Positions 42,207 through 46,078 of a DNA stretch of 46,078 nucleotides are shown in pieces (the first letter of the stretch is position 1; each line of letters begins with the position of its first letter). Made by a program: the position numbers and the translations under genes. This DNA is from an uncultured Lachnospiraceae bacterium (lineage in GTDB: Bacteria; Bacillota; Clostridia; Lachnospirales; Lachnospiraceae). The stretch is from the NCBI GenBank assembly GCA_944380055.1, contig CALWGN010000323.1, forward strand, positions 1 to 46,078, given 5' to 3'. The notes beneath the pieces are model-generated. The model was not told where the DNA came from, did no database searches, and saw only the letters and a list, made by a program, of their open reading frames with translations.

Positions 42207-42215
42207 TGCTATAAT
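42207..42215 (+). promoter_or_regulatory. Extended -10 promoter element for tig
   Basis: TGCTATAAT about 60 bp upstream of the tig start. Confidence 0.55.
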
Positions 42216-42273
42216 TGTACATTGAAACGAGTATCGCTATATAGAGCGAATCTATTTAGGAGGAAAAAAGATA

Positions 42274-43554
42274 ATGAGTGTACAAATTGAGAAGCTTGAA
42301 AAAAGCATGGCAAAATTGACAATAGAGGTATCTGCAGAAGAATTTGAAAAAGCATTACAAACAGCTTATTTAAAGAACAGAGGAAAAATTTCTATCCAAG
42401 GTTTTAGAAAGGGAAAAGCACCACGTCAAATTATTGAAAAGATGTATGGTGCAGCTATTTTCTATGAAGATGCAGCAAACGAAATTATTCCAGAAGCTTA
42501 TGGAAAGGCTGCAGATGAATGCGAATTAGAAATCGTATCAAGACCAGAAATCGATGTAACACAAATCGAAAAAGGTAAGAACTTTATTTTCACAGCTACA
42601 GTAGCTATTAAGCCAGAAGTAACATTAGGTGATTATAAAGGATTAGAATATACAGCAGAAGCAGTTGAAGTAACAGAGGAAGAAGTTGATGCTGAAATTA
42701 AGAGAGTACAAGAACAAAACTCTAGAACAATTACAGTAGAAGATAGAGCAGTAGAAAATGGTGATATTGTAACAATCGACTTTGATGGTTCTGTTGATGG
42801 TGTTCACTTTGATGGTGGAAAGGCTGAAGATTATGATTTAACAATTGGTTCTCATTCTTTCATTGATACATTTGAAGATCAATTAATCGGAAAGAACATT
42901 GGGGATAAGGTTGATGTAAACGTTACATTCCCAGAAGAATATCATGCAAAGGAATTAGCTGGAAAGCCAGCATTATTTGAAGTAGTAATTAAGGCTATTA
43001 AGGCAAAAGAACTTCCAGAATTAGATGATGATTTTGCAAGTGATATTTCTGATTACGATACATTTGCAGAGTATAAGGAAAGTGTAAAGAAGAACCTTAC
43101 AGAAAAGAAAGAAAAAGAAGCTAAGATAGCAAAGGAAAACGCATTAGTTGATAAGGCAATCGAAAATGCTACAATGGAAATTCCAGAAGCTATGGTTTTA
43201 GAACAAGCTCGTCAAATGGTTCAAGACTTTGCACAAAGAATGCAAATGCAAGGTTTAACTATGGAACAATATATGCAATACACAGGACAAACTGTAGATG
43301 CTATGTTAGAACAAATGAAGCCACAAGCATTAAAGAGAATTGAAAGCAGATTAGTATTAGAAGCGATTGCTGCTGCAGAAGCAATTGAAGTAACAGAAGA
43401 AGAAATTAATAAGAACTTAGAAGAAATGGCTTCTATGTACAATATGGAAGTTGAAAAATTAAAAGAAGCAATGGGTGAAGCAGAAAAAGAAGCAATTAAG
43501 AATGATTTATCAGTACAAAAAGCGGTAGATTTGATTGTTAATGCTGCGAAATAA
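42274..43554 (+). CDS. tig: Trigger factor
   Basis: GFRKGKAP ribosome-binding signature and FKBP domain (FDGGKA, FPEEYHA). Confidence 0.97.
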   Translation: MSVQIEKLEKSMAKLTIEVSAEEFEKALQTAYLKNRGKISIQGFRKGKAPRQIIEKMYGAAIFYEDAANEIIPEAYGKAADECELEIVSRPEIDVTQIEKGKNFIFTATVAIKPEVTLGDYKGLEYTAEAVEVTEEEVDAEIKRVQEQNSRTITVEDRAVENGDIVTIDFDGSVDGVHFDGGKAEDYDLTIGSHSFIDTFEDQLIGKNIGDKVDVNVTFPEEYHAKELAGKPALFEVVIKAIKAKELPELDDDFASDISDYDTFAEYKESVKKNLTEKKEKEAKIAKENALVDKAIENATMEIPEAMVLEQARQMVQDFAQRMQMQGLTMEQYMQYTGQTVDAMLEQMKPQALKRIESRLVLEAIAAAEAIEVTEEEINKNLEEMASMYNMEVEKLKEAMGEAEKEAIKNDLSVQKAVDLIVNAAK

Positions 43555-43574
43555 TATAGCCTAGGCTAATGTAC

Positions 43575-43618
43575 GGGATTTCGCTTAATTCGCAATAATG
43601 TGAGTTTAGTGAAATCCC
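43575..43618 (+). terminator. Stem-loop between tig and clpP
   Basis: GGGATTTCGCT...AGTGAAATCCC. Confidence 0.6.
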
Positions 43619-43657
43619 CTATTATTTATAATAAAAAGAAAAAAAGGAGGTATTTAT

Positions 43658-44239
43658 ATGCCATTAGTACCATATGTCATTGAACAGACAAATAGAGGAG
43701 AAAGATCTTATGATATTTATTCTCGTTTATTAAAAGATAGAATCATTTTCCTTGGAGAAGAGGTAACAGATGCCCTTGCAAATACTATTGTTGCTCAGCT
43801 ACTATTTTTAGAAGCAGAAGACCCAAGCAAGGATATTCATTTATATATAAATAGTCCAGGTGGATCTGTAACAGCAGGTATGGCAATTTATGATGCTATG
43901 CAATATGTAAAGTGTGACGTATCTACTACTTGTATGGGATTAGCAGCTAGTATGGGAGCATTTTTATTAGCTGGTGGTACAAAAGGAAAAAGATATGCCC
44001 TTCCAAATGCAGAAGTTATGATTCATCAACCATCTGGTGGAGCACAAGGTCAAGCAACAGATATTAAGATTGTATCTGATCATATTATTAAAACTCGTAC
44101 AAAATTAAATAAACTGTTATCTGAAAATACAGGAAAGCCAATGGAGCAAGTAGAAAAAGATACAGAAAGAGATAATTATATGAGTGCGAAAGAAGCAATG
44201 GAATATGGAATTATCGACGAAGTTATTGAACACCACTAA
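43658..44239 (+). CDS. clpP: ATP-dependent Clp protease proteolytic subunit
   Basis: [26 protein letters not shown] and MIHQP. Confidence 0.98.
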   Translation: MPLVPYVIEQTNRGERSYDIYSRLLKDRIIFLGEEVTDALANTIVAQLLFLEAEDPSKDIHLYINSPGGSVTAGMAIYDAMQYVKCDVSTTCMGLAASMGAFLLAGGTKGKRYALPNAEVMIHQPSGGAQGQATDIKIVSDHIIKTRTKLNKLLSENTGKPMEQVEKDTERDNYMSAKEAMEYGIIDEVIEHH

Positions 44240-44259
44240 TAGTAGAAAGAGGTAAAAAA

Positions 44260-45510
44260 ATGGCTGGAAAGGCAGACGAACAACAATATCGTTGCTCTTT
44301 TTGTGGAAAGTCCCAGTCACAAGTTCGTAAATTAATTGCAGGTAATAAAGGGATATTTATTTGTGATGAATGTATTGAACTTTGTTCTGAGATTTTAGAA
44401 GAAGAGTTGGTAGATAACCGACCACAAATGGGTAACATTAATCTACTAAAGCCAATAGAAATAAAAGCGCATTTAGATGAATATGTGGTTGGACAGGAAA
44501 CAGCTAAAAAAGCATTAGCAGTTTCTGTTTATAACCATTATAAACGTATTACATCAATGAAAGATAGTGAAGTAGAAATTCAAAAGAGTAATATCCTTAT
44601 GTTAGGGCCTACTGGTAGTGGGAAAACATTTCTAGCTGAGTCTTTAGCAAAGCTATTAAATGTACCATTTGCTATTGCAGATGCAACAAGCTTAACAGAA
44701 GCAGGATATGTAGGAGAAGACGTAGAAAATATTTTATTAAAGCTAATTCAAGCAGCAGATTATGACATTGAACGAGCAGAATATGGAATTGTCTATATTG
44801 ATGAAATAGATAAAATAACAAAAAAATCAGAAAATGTTTCCATTACAAGAGATGTTTCTGGAGAGGGAGTGCAGCAGGCACTACTAAAAATATTAGAAGG
44901 TACAGTTGCAAGTGTTCCTCCACAGGGCGGTAGAAAGCATCCACATCAAGAGTTATTACAAATTGATACTACAAATATATTATTTATTTGTGGTGGTGCT
45001 TTTGATGGCTTGGAAAAAATTATTGAATCACGCTCTGGTACAAAATCCATGGGATTTGGTGCAGAGATAAAAGAAAAGACAGAAAAAAATGCAGGTGAAT
45101 TATTTAAGGAAGTAATGCCAGAAGATTTAACAAAGTTTGGACTTATTCCTGAATTTATTGGTCGTGTACCAGTTATCGTTGCATTAGATATGTTAGATAA
45201 AGATGCCCTAGTTCAAATTTTAACAGAGCCAAAAAATGCTATTGTAAAGCAATATAAGAGGCTATTTGAAATAGATGGTGTAGATTTGGAATTTACAAGA
45301 GAAGCCTTAGAAGAAATTGCAAGGCTTTCACAAGAAAGAAAAACAGGAGCTAGAGGGCTTCGCTCTATCATTGAAAAAGTAATGATGGATATTATGTTTG
45401 AAGTACCATCAGACGATACCATTGGCCGTTGCATTATTACAAAAGAAGCAGTAGACGGAACAGAAAAGCCAATATTTGAGTATAGAGATAGCAATCAGCT
45501 AGCACAATAA
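44260..45510 (+). CDS. clpX: ATP-dependent Clp protease ATPase subunit
   Basis: C4 Zn finger CSFCG...[20 protein letters not shown] and RKH loop. Confidence 0.98.
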   Translation: MAGKADEQQYRCSFCGKSQSQVRKLIAGNKGIFICDECIELCSEILEEELVDNRPQMGNINLLKPIEIKAHLDEYVVGQETAKKALAVSVYNHYKRITSMKDSEVEIQKSNILMLGPTGSGKTFLAESLAKLLNVPFAIADATSLTEAGYVGEDVENILLKLIQAADYDIERAEYGIVYIDEIDKITKKSENVSITRDVSGEGVQQALLKILEGTVASVPPQGGRKHPHQELLQIDTTNILFICGGAFDGLEKIIESRSGTKSMGFGAEIKEKTEKNAGELFKEVMPEDLTKFGLIPEFIGRVPVIVALDMLDKDALVQILTEPKNAIVKQYKRLFEIDGVDLEFTREALEEIARLSQERKTGARGLRSIIEKVMMDIMFEVPSDDTIGRCIITKEAVDGTEKPIFEYRDSNQLAQ

Positions 45511-45521
45511 ATAAATGATAG

Positions 45522-45604
45522 AAATCAAATAGGCAATTGCAAACTGAAAGGGTGGTAAAAAACACATACAATACTTTCAAATAGGCAATTGCCTACTTTG
45601 ATTT
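45522..45604. repeat. Nested inverted and direct repeat between clpX and lon
   Basis: TCAAATAGGCAATTGC at 45525 and 45577; perfect palindrome TAGGCAATTGCCTA at 45582-45595; outer arms AAATCAAA / TTTGATTT. Confidence 0.7.
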
Positions 45605-45746
45605 AAATATTAAAAAGAACTTTGTTCTAAAATTATATGTATTTTTATACTTTAACAATATTTAGTAATTAAATTGGAAATTAACAACGGAATAAGTTGA
45701 TAATATAAATAATAAAATTTAGAAAATAAGGTAAAAGGTAAAACAT

Positions 45747-46078
45747 ATGATAAGAGAAAAAAATATGGTTGCCATTGCACTTAGGGGAATGACAGTATTA
45801 CCAGCAATGACAATACATTTAGATATTAGTAGAAAAAAGTCGTTGGAAGCAGCAAATCAAGCAATGGCTTCCAATCAATTGGTGTACTTAATCGCACAAA
45901 AAGAAAGTAACATTGCCAATCCAGCATTGTCACAGTTACATACAATGGGAACAATTGCAAAAATTAAGCAAATTATGCGTATGCCAAATGGTGACATGAG
46001 AATTCTTGTAGAGGGTATACAAAGGGCAGAGCTGTTAGCTTTAGATGAAGACGGAAGATGTCTTGTTGCATCTATAAG
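45747..46078 (+). CDS. lon: Lon protease N-terminal domain, runs off the window
   Basis: Read manually: MIREKNMVAIALRGMTVLP...HLDISRKKSLEA...GTIAKIKQ...RILVEG. Fits the tig-clpP-clpX-lon order. Confidence 0.9.
   Translation, partial: MIREKNMVAIALRGMTVLPAMTIHLDISRKKSLEAANQAMASNQLVYLIAQKESNIANPALSQLHTMGTIAKIKQIMRMPNGDMRILVEGIQRAELLALDEDGRCLVASI

Overview
Low-GC Firmicute chromosome segment, probably Clostridia/Lachnospiraceae-like. The left flank is housekeeping: a histidine kinase and OmpR-type regulator, mutS2, a catalytically degenerate HtrA-like protein, yhaM and rlmD. The right flank holds gatCAB, a DJ-1 protein, an ECF sigma module and tig-clpP-clpX-lon. Between them, an accessory region (about 8.65-35.3 kb) starts at the rlmD 3' end, a known integration hotspot. 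It carries decayed gene remnants, a MarR-azoreductase-DsbA module, a BglG/RAT-controlled beta-glucoside PTS operon and an NADP-dependent secondary alcohol dehydrogenase. The main feature is an atypical type III-B (Cmr) operon at 20532-32087: cmr4a, a cmr5-cmr6 fusion, cmr1, a short HD-less cas10 with intact GGDD, cmr3, a Card1/Can2-like CARF-nuclease, cmr4b, cmr5b and an SF1 helicase-DUF2726 nuclease. No CRISPR array, cas6, cas1 or cas2 is visible in the window. A promoter-terminator-bounded non-coding unit of about 235 nt lies just upstream of the operon. Further on, an AbiF-family HEPN toxin is followed by a perfect consensus promoter and a roughly 60-nt two-hairpin RNA, a candidate RNA antitoxin. 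All calls come from reading motifs by eye; no searches were run.
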